NCBI RefSeq assembly: GCF_001194135.2
Contig: NC_068992.1
Span: 68,256,378-68,320,377 of the forward strand
DNA length: 64,000 nt
Direction: 5' to 3'
Origin: Octopus bimaculoides
Lineage: Eukaryota
In this document: positions 50,930 to 64,000 of the stretch, piece after piece
Numbering within the stretch: position 1 is the stretch's first letter
Layout of the letters: each line of letters starts with the position of its first letter
Notes under the pieces: model-generated
What the model was told of the DNA's origin: nothing
What the model saw: the letters and a program-made list of their open reading frames with translations, nothing else
Databases searched by the model: none
Made by a program: the position numbers and the translations under genes

Positions 50930-51135
50930 AAATATTCTTTTCTACTCTAGACGCAAGGCCCAGAATTTGTGGGGGAGGGGGCCAGTCGATTTGATCGACC
51001 CTAGTACGCAACTGGTACTTAATTTAGCGACCCCCGAAAGGATGAAAGGTAAAGTCGACTTCGGCAGAATTTGAACTCAGAACGTAAAGAGAGACAAAAT
51101 ACCGCTAAGCATTTCGCCCGGCCTGCTAACGTTTG
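50930..51135 (-). mobile_element. SINE family B copy, tail type 2
   Basis: actggtacttaatttagcgacccccgaaaggatgaaaggtaaagtcgacttcggcagaatttgaactcagaacgta...aataccgctaagcatttcgcccgg. Confidence 0.88.
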
Positions 51136-52460
51136 TAATATATCCATATTACAATCAAGGTCCTGGTACAATAACAATCTTTCATTTTTTTCTCATTTGA
51201 CATTAAGTGCTTAGTATATTACCTGGAGAGATGTGTTGGCAAAACCTTTATTTTTCGAAAATAAAACTGTCCTGAGTTCTTACACCTCCGAAAAAATTTT
51301 TACTTTTCATCCTTCCGGCTTTCATATAATAAAGTACTGGGAAAGGTGAGCTGCAATCAACTTTACATTGCTGAGAAATATTAGGTCATTTCCCTATGTT
51401 ACAAATCCTTGAATTAGAACAGGTTGTTTTATAATCAGAATCGCAAAAGTGCTGGATCAAATTTTTGCGGAATGTATTATGTTATGTCACATCCACTCAT
51501 ACTCTTAATTGAAATTATGCTTTCTTCAATCTGCTTTTTATGTTTTTGTGTTCGACAAAGTAAAGCAGTGATAATGACCAAACTTTTTTCAAAATTTGTG
51601 ACCTTATTCTTATGTTAGAAATCATTTTCTATTCCTTTTTTTTTAATTGGGATGAAGTGTGGCTGAATGCAGAACAACATCATTAATGTAAGCGCTAGTA
51701 TATTAATTTGACCAGCGGGAAATGTTTAATTACTCAAAACTTTGTTTGCATTCAATGGGATAAGCTTGGGTTCAAAACTTAAAAGTGCGTACGATACACA
51801 ACGGAAGCAACTTTTATTACGAAATAATCAAATATAGGTCGAGCACCAAAATATCAGAAAGTTTGGGTGTACACCAAGTTTCACCTCGTTATAATATGGT
51901 TTGCACACGAACTGTTGTACCTACCTCTCACGCACGCACGCACACACACGCACACGCACACGCATGCACAGACACGTATGTGAACAAAGACTGTTTAAAC
52001 TGTTATATTCGTTAATTCTTTGAAATCATCCATCTAGAAGATTTCTGGGTCTGAAGTATTTTGTAATATCTGTCAAATTGAATACTTTCGTCATATCGGA
52101 AGTAGGGGTGGCTCTTCCACCACTCAGTCAACCATTGAGAGGAACGGTCAAGATGTTTCTCTTTCCCATTTATTGTGTTGTGTGCCATTAATCTTTTCTC
52201 CCTGAAAAAGTTGTTTTAATAGTAAATACAGTAAAAGGCAATAAATTGTTTCCATTAAACGGTTTGTTTGGCTATTAATCTATTTAATCAACATGTTCGA
52301 GTAACATCCGTTTTACTCAAAACCGTTTTTTTTCACTCATCTGGTCAATATAAACTTTTAAACATCTCAAAGGTAGTGCAGCATATGTTCACAGTCTGAT
52401 AAGTGAAAAAGTAAGAGAATGCAGTGATTTCGAGGGGAATACGGGCCCAGGATTTGCTAA

Positions 52461-52563
52461 TATTGGATATACTGTGGACAGAATATCCAATACTTTCCAC
52501 AAGATATTCTGTCCACAGGTTATCCAGTGCTACCACGGAAATCTTGTCCACAGGATATCCAAT
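52461..52563. repeat. Inverted plus tandem repeat of a ~23-nt motif (tgtccacaggatatccaat) forming a long hairpin
   Basis: Arm 52461-52487 pairs with 52503-52529; a third copy lies at 52541-52563. Confidence 0.85.
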
Positions 52564-53098
52564 GCTGGGGAGGCTGTGTTTCTTGAAAAATATGCGTGTT
52601 CTTTTTTCTTTCTTTTGACATAGCTGAAATATGAAATGATAAAACATTGTGGTTTTGTTTTATATTTTCTTTAAAAAAATATTAAAATATAGGTTATTTC
52701 CTGTTGCATTGACAATTGCATATACATATGGATGGATCATTATTAATATAGACTATCAACCACTGATTTTTATTTGTCATTTTGAGGCTACGAAGAAAAT
52801 ATTGTTGGGATGGGAAAATTAGCAGAACAAAATTCTATTTTAGATGTGTAGTAACTCATATTTTTTCTATGAAGATATCAATGATATCATAATATCTTTC
52901 ATGATGATATCATTAATGATAAATACTATATTTGCTGGCAGCAAGGTTAAGGATTACTTCGATGGCTGTCTGCTTTGACATCAACATACAAATGCAATCC
53001 TGTGTTTATTGACACATATTTCAATGAATTACAACGTGGTCTGAAAAACGTTTAGACTCTCTATTTTCCTATCTCCCTCTCCCTCTTTTGCTCTCTTT

Positions 53099-53134
<36 letters not shown>

Positions 53135-54946
53135 ACACATACTAAGATTATGCCTCAGTCACAACTTTGATATGAGAACGAATTTTCCATATGGCAGGAA
53201 ATTATCATATAATAAGTCACTCTGCTTCTATTACTGTACAGATATTGTCTCTGTTGAAATATACGCAAATTAAATCAATGTTTCAAGATGAAAGCAATAT
53301 CCACGTGCCAACTAACTGCCCGCTTTCCTTATAACGAATGTCTTTATGCCAAGATTTATAAATTGTTAATCATAAATATTTGATTATGGTCAGTTTATTT
53401 TGTACAATGTTTTGAGTTATAAGTGAAACAAAATGTTAATAATTTTAAATATATAAGCAACATATCCAAATGGCAGTATTCCAATAAAGATTTCAATATA
53501 GTTTTGTTCGGCATCAACACATGCCAGAGAAATAAACCATACATTCTAGCTGAAGCTCGGTAAATCGTGACGTAGATCAGTTTGTAGAATAAGTGATGCA
53601 TGTCATATTATGTTTTACCATCATTTCGCCTTTTTGCTATGTTACTTTGTTTTTGTTTTTTTAAGATGATGCTATTGTGAAAATAGAAGATTTTCAGTTG
53701 AATGTGTAAAATCGATAAAAAGTAAATGTATGAGGAAATTTGTTTGTAAAATCTACAACTAAAGCAATAATTGTTTCACTTGACTTAAAGTGTAACCTTT
53801 AACATCCTGGTAACTTTATTGGTGATTCAGTGTAAATTATCAAGCCTACCAACTTATCACGTCTAAGGCTTCTTCAGCAAGAGATATTAATATTGGCGAT
53901 ATTTAATTCAGGATAGAAGAATCTATTTCATTTTTGAGTTGTCGCTCTAAATTATTCCACTTGAAGGAATTATGCAAGACTCTATGGTTTCTATGATAAA
54001 TTACCATAAGATGCAGAGTTATTGAGATGAAGTAATATACACAATGAACTTATCCGTTGTTGCTGCTATTGCTGCTTAGTTGACATAATTAGTCTAGCAA
54101 AATTACCAATGTACCGAACTAATATTTCATGCCGTGACTCTCTATTATAAACGTGCTGAGATTAACTTCACTCTTCAGCTGATTTCACACTTAATACCAG
54201 ATACGTACATTGTCACCTCAATCCATTACATATTACCATTAAATTTTATGGTGCAATAACATTATCAGCACTCATTAATATTCACATTATTATAAAGAAA
54301 CAATTATATTTAGAAACAGAACGATTATTCATGCTGTCTTTTTATTCTCATCTACAATATGATCAACGTAGTTTTCATACATAATAATGCATACTAGTTC
54401 CACTTCAGATACTTAACTTTATTTTAATCACCTCGTAATTTTGCAAGTTAGTATATGGAAAACGTTTAGCGCATGTAATAACAATGGGATTGTCAATTAC
54501 GAAGCTTTTCGTTTGCTTTCGAAATAGTAAAACGATTAAAGTACCATCTGAGCGTAAAACTTGCAATATAAATATTAAATACGAATCCAGACATGGGAAT
54601 TGCTCTTCAGTTTAATCCAACACCTTTATGTTGATAATCTTCGAAAGCAAATTTAGCTTTTGCTATCCAACAACTAAGATACATTGAAATATCTATGTAT
54701 CAAATTAAGCCCGTTAATAAAATCAATATATGCATAATATGTTTATATCCATATATAATTATGTACAAGCATGCCTTCACGCGCGCGCGCATATATTCTT
54801 AGTTGAACACCATATTAATGAGAAAATAATATGAAATTGTGACAATATTTATAACTCAGGGGATTGGATTATAAAAATTACTTTGCAATCGTCAGAAACA
54901 TCGCATAAATTTCACTGAGTTATTAACATGAAGTTGCAGTTAACCA

Positions 54947-54997
<51 letters not shown>

Positions 54998-57900
54998 TAC
55001 CCATATATGCATACCCATATTCATCAATATAAAATGTAAACGATGACAGGAGATAAATTGTGTTCATATCCTGTTGTTGATGTTAAGTTATTTTCCCGAA
55101 CTGGGCTTTTAAATTGAATTTTGTGTTTCAAGCAAGCTCACGTCGGAATTGCTTCAGTTGACAGGAGTATAAAGACAAAAGTAAGGATAAATAAAGGTTT
55201 CTGTTTCCAATTACCATCACAAGTAATCTTAGGGAAGTTATAATAAAAATTAATATGTTAATCTCATAATTAGACGTTCGGGCCTTGGTTATAGAAAATT
55301 AATAATGCTATTTTGTGATAAGCATCCCTTTCACCGGATTCTCGCAGCTGCAATTAAAGTGAAATGGACTTAATGAGAATTTAAATCGGTTCGGATGATT
55401 GTTTCATCGGGTTACGATCTATATACCATTGCTTCTCTAAAGGAAAATAAATCCGTCTTGTCAGAAACGCTATATACGACACACTTTCATGTACCGTTAA
55501 TATTACGTAATATTTTTCTTCATTGCGAAACCATAGGTGAAAGCAAAAAGATCTAATAAACTATTTTTGTTGTTCAGGTCATTATTATATCATCATAACA
55601 ATCGTTTCAGTTTTATGTCCCATAAAGACTTTATAGGACAGATAAGGTTCCCCAAAAGCCTTCCCTTATTAAATGGATGGATTAAGAGAATCAGAAACAA
55701 CTCAGATTTATGACTTACGCACTTTCTGTTAGTTTATATCAAAGTAACACCACCAATAATGGAGATGGGAATGGTGATGATGATTATAAGAAGAAATTGT
55801 CATACACCAAGGAATTGGAGACGGTATAGTTACGAGACGCAAGCCAGTTGGATGAACTCGATGAAAGCCACGTTGAAATCAACATAAACAATGGATAATA
55901 AACCCTCAACATGAAAATACCTCCTGTTGAAGGAGACCACTTAAAGAAATTCGGAACCAGCATTTCGTATTGTGTCATTCTAATGTATCAGAGACGAGAT
56001 CCCCCCCCCCCGCCAGTTTATCTTTTGTTTACACTCTCTGAATCAAAGTAAACACATTATGCATTATCACTCTTACTGCTCCCAAACATCCAGCTTGAAT
56101 GCAAGGTCTTCTTTATCGCCCATGCCCTTCCCTTCAAGTGGTATTTGAAGTAAATGATGAGGACTTATCAGAGAGAGGGAGAGAGAGAGAGAAAAATCGT
56201 ATCCTCTAACATTATAAACACGTTTACGGCATAACCTCTCGTTCAGTAGCCAACAAGCAAGCAAGGAAGATGTGTCCTTCATTGCCAAAAGGAGGGCCAT
56301 GTACCTCGACAGACTTAGTTGATAACCGGAAAAGTTTCGAATCTTGACAGCAGATGCAGGCCATAAATCGGAAATTCATGGATATTGAAAGAATCTGAAC
56401 AAGATGACTTCAGCACCCTGTACACAACCTGGAGAGCTGCTTTTATAGAAAGTGCTCTGAACAGACAACTCACCGTCCTTGCAGCACCTTTGTGTCTGGG
56501 GACATTTTAATATTCTTTAATAAACACTTACATGAAAGCTCTCAAGAAGTACCCTCCTTGACGTCATTGTCCCTCACACTCTCCAGAACAGACAGATTGT
56601 AACTTCTCGTCAACTGCATTGCTTAGGAAAATCCCAAGTACTTAGCAAAATTCCAGATGCTAAAACCCAGTCTCGATTCACACTTCACGCAGGACTGCAG
56701 CTCGCTAAAAAAGCTGAGCTGCAGAAGCAAGCGTTGCAAAACATTGACCAAGGTTGTTCGACTTTGTCGATTCGCTATATCTTCTAGGGTGCAATCAAGG
56801 GTATTTTCTAATCAAAACAAATTCAAGCATCTTCGTAAGAGCGTCTTTTCAACAACAGAAGTTGCTGCTGACCAGCATCGTCGTGTTACTTCAGTGCCTG
56901 AGCTGAAAGCCCGTCTACTTGTCCTACTTGCCTGGTACTAACACTTCTAGTATGGTACTGGGTACCACCAATTTTGTTCCCAACACCATAATGATGTTAC
57001 GCACGTATTTAGGATACATTTTTCTTGTATCTTCGAGTCGCACGTGCCTCATTGTCTTCGACCATCGCAACAAAGGTTTCATTGCTAAACACAGCAGAGA
57101 AGAAAAGAGATATCATTAGTACATAAGGACACGATACGAAAGGGTTCTGATACGGTTCTTTTTAAATGAGCACCGAGATTCCAATGTATAGTGTAGCGAT
57201 CCAACTTTTGAAGGAAAGGCTGAAATAGGTTGATTTTATGAAAGTTACAGGCTAGCTGCAGTCTATTTTGTCGTAATCTCTGTCAAATCTCCCGATAATG
57301 TGCGAAAAACTCGCCACCCCAAAATTCACTGAAATGTTCTCGTACAGTAAAAGAAAGATGAATGCAGCTACCAGTAATTCCACAAACCTTCCTATAACCT
57401 GATGAATATTCTAAATACGTCTAGGCTAAAACATTGCCGTTTGACTAAGTGTATATTGGCGTAATATGTAAACCTAGGCGATATTTTTCGAATAATTATT
57501 ACTACCTGAACAGATTTGCCAAGCTTTTGAACCACTTCACCCTGCTCGTATTCATATACAATATGTGCATAGGTTTGGTGTCTCTCTTTGCTTATTAATA
57601 CTAAGTAATGATTGGCCGTGTTTGACTAGAGACATCCGTCATTCTGCTCTTGTTGCGTACACTGTTCTCGTTACTCTTCATACAAGTACACTCACCTATA
57701 ATCGGTCAAAGAAAATAGTTTATACATCTAGATTTAGAATTCTGACAGTGCTTCCGCTTTATTCCAGAAGTAGCTTTATCTCATCGGAAATTTTAGTGTT
57801 GCTGATAGTTGCCACATCAAGCAAAGTGCCACGAACCTATGTGGATGAAATTGTCAAAAATAACGATCGCTTCACTCATTTTCCAACGTAAAACAGATGG

Positions 57901-58215
57901 AAGACAACAGATGGTAAAATCGAAACTTTCTGTTTAAAATAATTAACAGATACATAATGAACTCTCAAAGATGTCGACTAACATAACGAAGGTGCTGGAG
58001 ATAACAAGCTACTTGTTCACTAACGGAAAGTCATTTTACCTCCGAAATTAATGAATTGCAATAGATCGGCAGTGTCATAACTTGCTTTTCTAACTCTAGA
58101 AACCATTAGCATCAGTAAGAGGATAAAAGACAAAAAAAAAAGCGAAGACGTTTCTGAAGTATTCAAGACGTAATGAAAAGCGTTTTATGAACTTAGATTA
58201 ATTACAAACCAACAT

Positions 58216-58435
58216 AAGGCAGCGAGTTGGCAGAACTATTAGCACGCCAGGGAAAATTCGAAGTGGCATTTCGTCCGTTTTTGCGTTCTGAGTTCAAATT
58301 CCGCCGAGGTTGACTTTGCCTTTCATAATTTTCAGGTCGATAAAATAAGTATCAGTTGAACACTGGGCTGGATGTAGTCGACGCAACCACTCTTACTTAA
58401 TCGCTTGCCTCGTGCTAAAATTTGAAAGTAATTAC
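58216..58435 (+). mobile_element. SINE family B copy
   Basis: aaggcagcgagttggcagaac...gttctgagttcaaattccgccgaggttgactttgcctttcat...ggtcgataaaataagta. Confidence 0.85.
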
Positions 58436-60701
58436 AAATCAACATTATTTTAACCGACTGTAGAGATGGCAGAAAGAGAAGAGATTAGCATGTATTGTGA
58501 TAGTTCACAAATGCTGCAACAATTAACCATATGGTAGATAACAAGAAGCAGAGACAATAAGCACATTTAGGAGTAAATAGTAAAAACTGACGTCATTACA
58601 TAACAGTCCTACAGAAAGAGAGAAAAGTGAATTATACAACCATATTTCATCACTTTTGATACGAGGTATATTCAATGCTGACTCACAGTGTCTGGTGTTA
58701 GCACTTTTATGAGTAGCTCTGTGGCGATAGATCCACACAGGTTGTATACATCATGACACACTTGGAGCAACAATACTACCTCACTGAGGACACAAACTGC
58801 AACGAATTGACTCGGAGAAAAAAAGTGGTTTACTAATTACGCAAATTGATCAAAAGGTTAGTCAAATAATCGATTATTTTACAGACTACTTACTTAACTA
58901 ATAAAAGAATAGAAATGGTGCGTCTGTTTTATTGGCAAACTGCCCCTCCCAACACAAAAGGTATGAGTGTGTATGTATGTATATATTAAATAGTCACTGA
59001 AAACCATTCTTTCTGCTCATGCATGATGNNNNNNNNNNATATATATGTATGTATATATTAAATAGTCACTGAAAACCATTCTTTCTGCTCATGCATGATG
59101 GGAGGAAAGATTGTGAACAAAGCCGCATCATCAAGCATGAACAGGTCAAAAGCAGATCGTATGTGTCTTGATGGGAATTTTCCAGTATTCGTTGGTGCAC
59201 AGTCCAATGTAACAAGTGTGTTCAGGTTTGTCCAAGGCAGACCTAAGAAGCCATCACAATGTTTTGTATGGGATTTCTACTCGCAAGGAGTACGGAAAGT
59301 ATGTTGCGTTAAGCACTAAAACAAATAGTGTAACACTTGCTCTTACAAGAAGCAACCATCATTGCTACATCTGTGTCAAAGAGTGTAAGTGTCCAGCAGG
59401 AATAAAAAGTTACATTTGTGATGCCCATGTTTAAGAGAACTGACCAAAGGTGTCATTTCTGGAAATCAAGTTACAGGCATGCTTTATGTATGTATACACA
59501 CATGCATGTGGATGGTAATGAATCCGTACTTTTTACATGGCTTAAGCACATTGTACTCTTCTTCTGCCAAGAAATTTGATTTGATTTGTATGTATATGTA
59601 TGTGTACGTATGCGTGTGGATGTGTGGACAGATAGTGCATTTTCTTCCCACGGCCAAGTATACGCGAACATGTTAAATGTCATTGTACTCACAAACACCC
59701 TATACATACACACTCGTACATATATATATATATGAGAGTGAGAGAATGGTGGGAGGGACAGCGATCATATAGAATGATAGATATGTATTCAACGTTAAAA
59801 TAAAACAATATTTGATTTCTAACACATTTGATTTCTAATTCCCTTTTCAGTTTAGTAATTGTGATTATTGCGTGATTGTGATGATGATAATATTGAAAGA
59901 ATGCAACGTAAAAACAAATACGAGAGGGGAGATTTCTTCAAACAACAACAATTTCTGTACGAAAAAAAAATTAGGAAAGCAAACAACTGGCTTATTAAGA
60001 CGAACCAAATAACTACGTCAGCGGAAATATAAACAATTATTTGCATTAAATTATAGTGGCACAATTAGACAACTCTCAAATAAAATATAACAACCTATCA
60101 GCCAGTGAGTGTAATTAACAGCACGGGAAATCTAACAGCACCAACAATGAGTACTGCAATTATTACAAGCTTACCACCATCACTCCGGTAAAATGCAGAA
60201 CATTCTACGATTAATCCCAGCAAAGAAGAATTTGTAGAATAGTGTAAAGATGAATTTTCTTAAAGAATGAAACGTTTAATATATTGGCCTTTTAGTCATT
60301 CAACCGAAGAACATGCGAATATATTGTTACTAACTTTTGGTATCCAGTCTCAAATGCAGAATAACTGTGAAAACAGCTTACAACGTCGAGTAAATACCCT
60401 TAGAAAACGGAGAGAAAAGTGGCCAGCAAGCTGCCACAGGGAATCGAAATCTGTACACGGTTCGACTCTCTTTAAGTTTCGAAGTCAACCTTTATAGCCA
60501 TTCTAAACTTGAAATTGAATATTGTATACTGACGCAGTATTCTGTGGATGGAAAGTAGGTCGACACTAACTGTGAAATGTTCATAAGAAAGATTCGCTCT
60601 TAATTACGTCTCGGGTTTATAAAATCTGTGCAAACATTTTGAGTTACTAATTGTCTGAGATATATCAATATATTTCAGGTTTATAGATATGTCTATGTTA
60701 G

Positions 60702-60755
60702 GCATTATATAAAATGTGTGCATTATATAAAATGTGTGCATTATATAAAATGTGT
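60702..60755. repeat. Three tandem copies of the 18-mer gcattatataaaatgtgt
   Basis: Direct reading. Confidence 0.9.
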
Positions 60756-62696
60756 GTATTTTGCGTGTTATATATGCGTGTGTGTGCGAGTATAGTGCAT
60801 GTTCTGCGTGTGATGTATGTATGTATGTATGTATGTATGTATATATATAATGTGAGTGTGTGTGTGTGTGTATACAGATGCATGTGGATGGTAATGAATA
60901 TGTATTGACAGACGGAAATACATTTAGTCACATTGATGCGTATAGCCGTATGGATGGGTTTGAATACATAAAAATGTGTGTGAAGATGATAGTTGTTTGC
61001 AGTATATTATTTAGTAATGCATATTATTGATTGTGATGTCCTGTATAGAGATGTTTGTCATTAACCTTGAGATGTGGTAAATAATCAATAGCACTCATTG
61101 CTTTAAAACCAACTTTGATTTTTACCAACAGGCTTATTGATCACGTATAATACTACAAACCTGTCTTATACTTTGTAAACATAATAGATGAGTTTTTTCT
61201 TTTGTCATTTTATTAAGACAGAATAAGTTTATTATAGTTTCAGACTTCGTAGATAGAGATGTGCAACCTTTCTCTGATCCCAGCTCCCTCAGTAAAGATG
61301 TTAGATATGTTTAAGCAATGTTCTTTAGTATACATAAATATAATTAAAACTTTTGAATCTGTGACTGCCGCGCACATTGCACTGTGTCTGAGAGAATGGA
61401 ACATGCATTGCAGTTTGCCACGAAAAAATATGCAAATAAATATGCTGTGCATTAAAAGAACAATGAAAATTTCTATAATGTGGTAGAATTTTCCCATTTG
61501 CCTGAAAACGTTACTGAATACTCAGGGAACATTTGTGAATCGCATGACGGTGATTGAAAGTCATTGGTCTCGACGTCGCGAAATTTAGATAACGAATAAG
61601 ACAATGAAGTATTAAGTTTAAATGGATAATTTTGGACCACTATTTTCAGGAAAGAAATTTTGTCGGGATGGATTTAGGGAATGCTATATTTTAAAACTAT
61701 GTTTGTTGATTAGTTCAAGCTTGTCGTTGGTTTCATGATTTTGTTGAATGCTTACATGTGACGAAGAAAATTGTTTCGGAACATAAATTTTCGTTAAAGT
61801 GCTAGTCAGATAGAAACATTAGTCCATTAAGGATTTTTATAATAATATATAAAGCTACAATGAGAAAAGAAAGTTCTTTTGCAGAGAACTTTCTGAGTTC
61901 TCTCTGAAATTCTCTTTCATGAGGTCTAATATGTGTATTTTCTGCTTTCTGACATCAACACACAATCTGTAACTTTTCATGGATAAAATTAAATGCATTG
62001 TGGAAGAAATTCCTTTCTTAAAATCTGGAGATGAAGAAATCCCGCAGTTGAAATATTTTATATTATTTTTCATTTCAAAAAGATGACGTAAATTTGAAAA
62101 ATCATATACTCGCTAGAGCAAAGATAATCATGATATTCACATGCAAATATTTCTAAATTGCCGCAGGTAATTTTGAATTCCAAATCATAATACGAAACAT
62201 TATGGTATTGAACAGAAAATTTGCCTGTGTTGAATATAATACAAGATTTATCGAACCGTTTTGTACCACTTCTCTCTAAACGAAAAGCAATAAGAAATCA
62301 AAACCTGTACCTCATGCACAACGGTAACATCTAACAGAAAATCTTACTGAATGTTTGGTGAAATAGGGAAGTAATTATGAAGAACATTTAGGGGGCCGAA
62401 TCAATCTGACATTTACTTTCAGTAACTTCACCGAAGGCAAGTTTGGGTCGAAATCATCCTTCTTTAATAAACAGCAGTGATCGAAGTCATTCTTAGAGAT
62501 AACGCCCAACCTCAAGCAACGAGTTACTGAAAAGTTATGGCATCGTTCGTATAGCAAAAGTCTATACTTTCAAGTTCCTGCTTCATCAGACTTTTACTTC
62601 TTCACCTATATTTATACAATATTGTATACCTTGTGAGTAATTTTAAATAGCAACTAAAATTCGGACAGAACTTATATTCAACCTCACTCCACCTCC

Positions 62697-62741
<45 letters not shown>

Positions 62742-64000
62742 TTTCATACACATTCATTTTAGCATTTGCTACAACTATATTATTGGTTGTTACTTTCGTA
62801 TCCTTCTTGACCATAAGAGAGTAAAGGAAGGTTATATCAAACATTGTCTGAAAACATCGGGGCTAGTAAGCAGTACTCTACACAGAACTAGATTAATACA
62901 TTATAAGCCTCTGCTATCCTGCTAAAAGACGCCACAATACAATCTAATTACTTCTCATGATCACCACACATATATAACACTGACTAAACTACATCAGATT
63001 CACTAAAATGATTTTTAAGTTCAGTATAAGCTTTAACCTAACTTATTTGTTGCCTTGCGCATAGGATCCACTATTCATAGGTGTTCTGCTGCTGGAGATA
63101 AAGGTACCTTAAGTATTGTCAATGATTTAACTACAGACACTATTGAGCAACCAGTATATCAACATAAAATGTGTTGTTTGTAATAACTGTATCTTCTATA
63201 CTCTGACGCTTTCTAATCTCAAATAACTAGATACATACCACCTCTACTTTAAAACACCTGTATATATTCTGTTACATGATTAATTTTTGCAAAACTAACC
63301 CCACTTGCCCCTCTCTTTTCTTTCCTTCACTTGTATTATGTCTAACCTTCAGACCTAGCAACAAATACGTTTCACAGTCTTACGAGAAATGTTTCGAGCT
63401 ACAATTTAAGTCGCTCTTACATATTATATTCTGATACACAGATAACCACATTGGTCTCCCCTTTCTAGGACAGGCTTAATCACTATTACTTTTGAGCCAA
63501 TTGAATTATGCCAAGTGTTAATCTCGGATAAAATTATGATGGTCATGGCATATAAAACTGTTGTTATACAAATAGCCTACAGTCAATGTTTATAGTCTTG
63601 CATACAAAGATATTCCAAAACTCTAACTACTAATCTACAGTCACACAAGCAATGATTTATTAAAGATGTTGCAGTAGAACTATAATTTCCCACTTAATAT
63701 ATGTCGCAATATAATTTGAATTTTAATATTGATATAAAAAATAATTGACTGTCTAATAGGTATGGAAATTGTTTTAAATTTGGTGGTAGTATTAAATGAC
63801 GGAACAAATTGAATAGCTTGTGTTAAACATATCGTTTCTCGATTAAAATATGTTTGTGTATTTTCGGTAGAAGCCATCATATTCACATTATTAATTTTGA
63901 TATTTTTCATTTATCTGTTCATTTCATATTTGTATCTTTATGTATTATTGATCCATAATATATCATGTGGAATGATTTATATTAAACGAGCAGTAAGTAA

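Noticed and set aside
52471-52556. tgtccacag motifs resembling bacterial DnaA boxes
   Set aside because: Mismatched to TTATCCACA and embedded in clearly eukaryotic DNA; no sign of bacterial sequence, CRISPR arrays or rRNA in the window.
56330-56940. Protein-like frames (YTTWRAAFIES, reminiscent of BEL/Pao gag; VCSEHF, reminiscent of THAP)
   Set aside because: Isolated short motifs on opposite strands with no supporting context; cannot be assigned without a search.
58968-59100. ~60-nt direct repeat (tattaaatagtcactgaaaaccattctttctgctcatgcatgatg)
   Set aside because: Identical copies flank an N gap; assembly overlap artefact.
62555-62596. Minus-strand hammerhead-like motif aaaagt-CTGATGA-agcaggaactt-GAAA-gtatag-actttt
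   Set aside because: Stem I closes, but the UH cleavage dinucleotide reads AG and stem II barely pairs; at best a dead relic.

Overview
AT-rich, microsatellite- and SINE-dense eukaryotic genomic DNA with many N gaps. The tRNA-derived SINE families resemble those I recall from Octopus, so a coleoid cephalopod source is inferred but not proven. The only clear host gene is a minus-strand cationic amino acid transporter (SLC7/CAT family). Two canonical GT-AG exons are visible (6737-6856 and 1024-1219) and they join in frame; the start exon and downstream exons were not found. The rest is intronic or intergenic. It holds about 15 SINE copies from two families, an internally deleted Tc1/mariner (DD37D/maT-type) element, CR1-clade LINE fragments, a pogo/Tigger-like MITE, a possible LTR remnant and other decayed elements. 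The most interesting signal is a non-coding repeat family at 35.2-42.1 kb carrying minimal type I hammerhead ribozyme motifs (CUGAUGA...GAAA, palindromic stem III, closing stem I). Two copies form a head-to-head inverted pair, and one fragment begins at the predicted self-cleavage site. This fits Penelope-like pLTRs or a cephalopod retrozyme family. Other notable items are an inverted SINE pair bracketing a transporter exon and a pre-miRNA-shaped hairpin at 52.5 kb. All alignments were done by eye; no database search was run.
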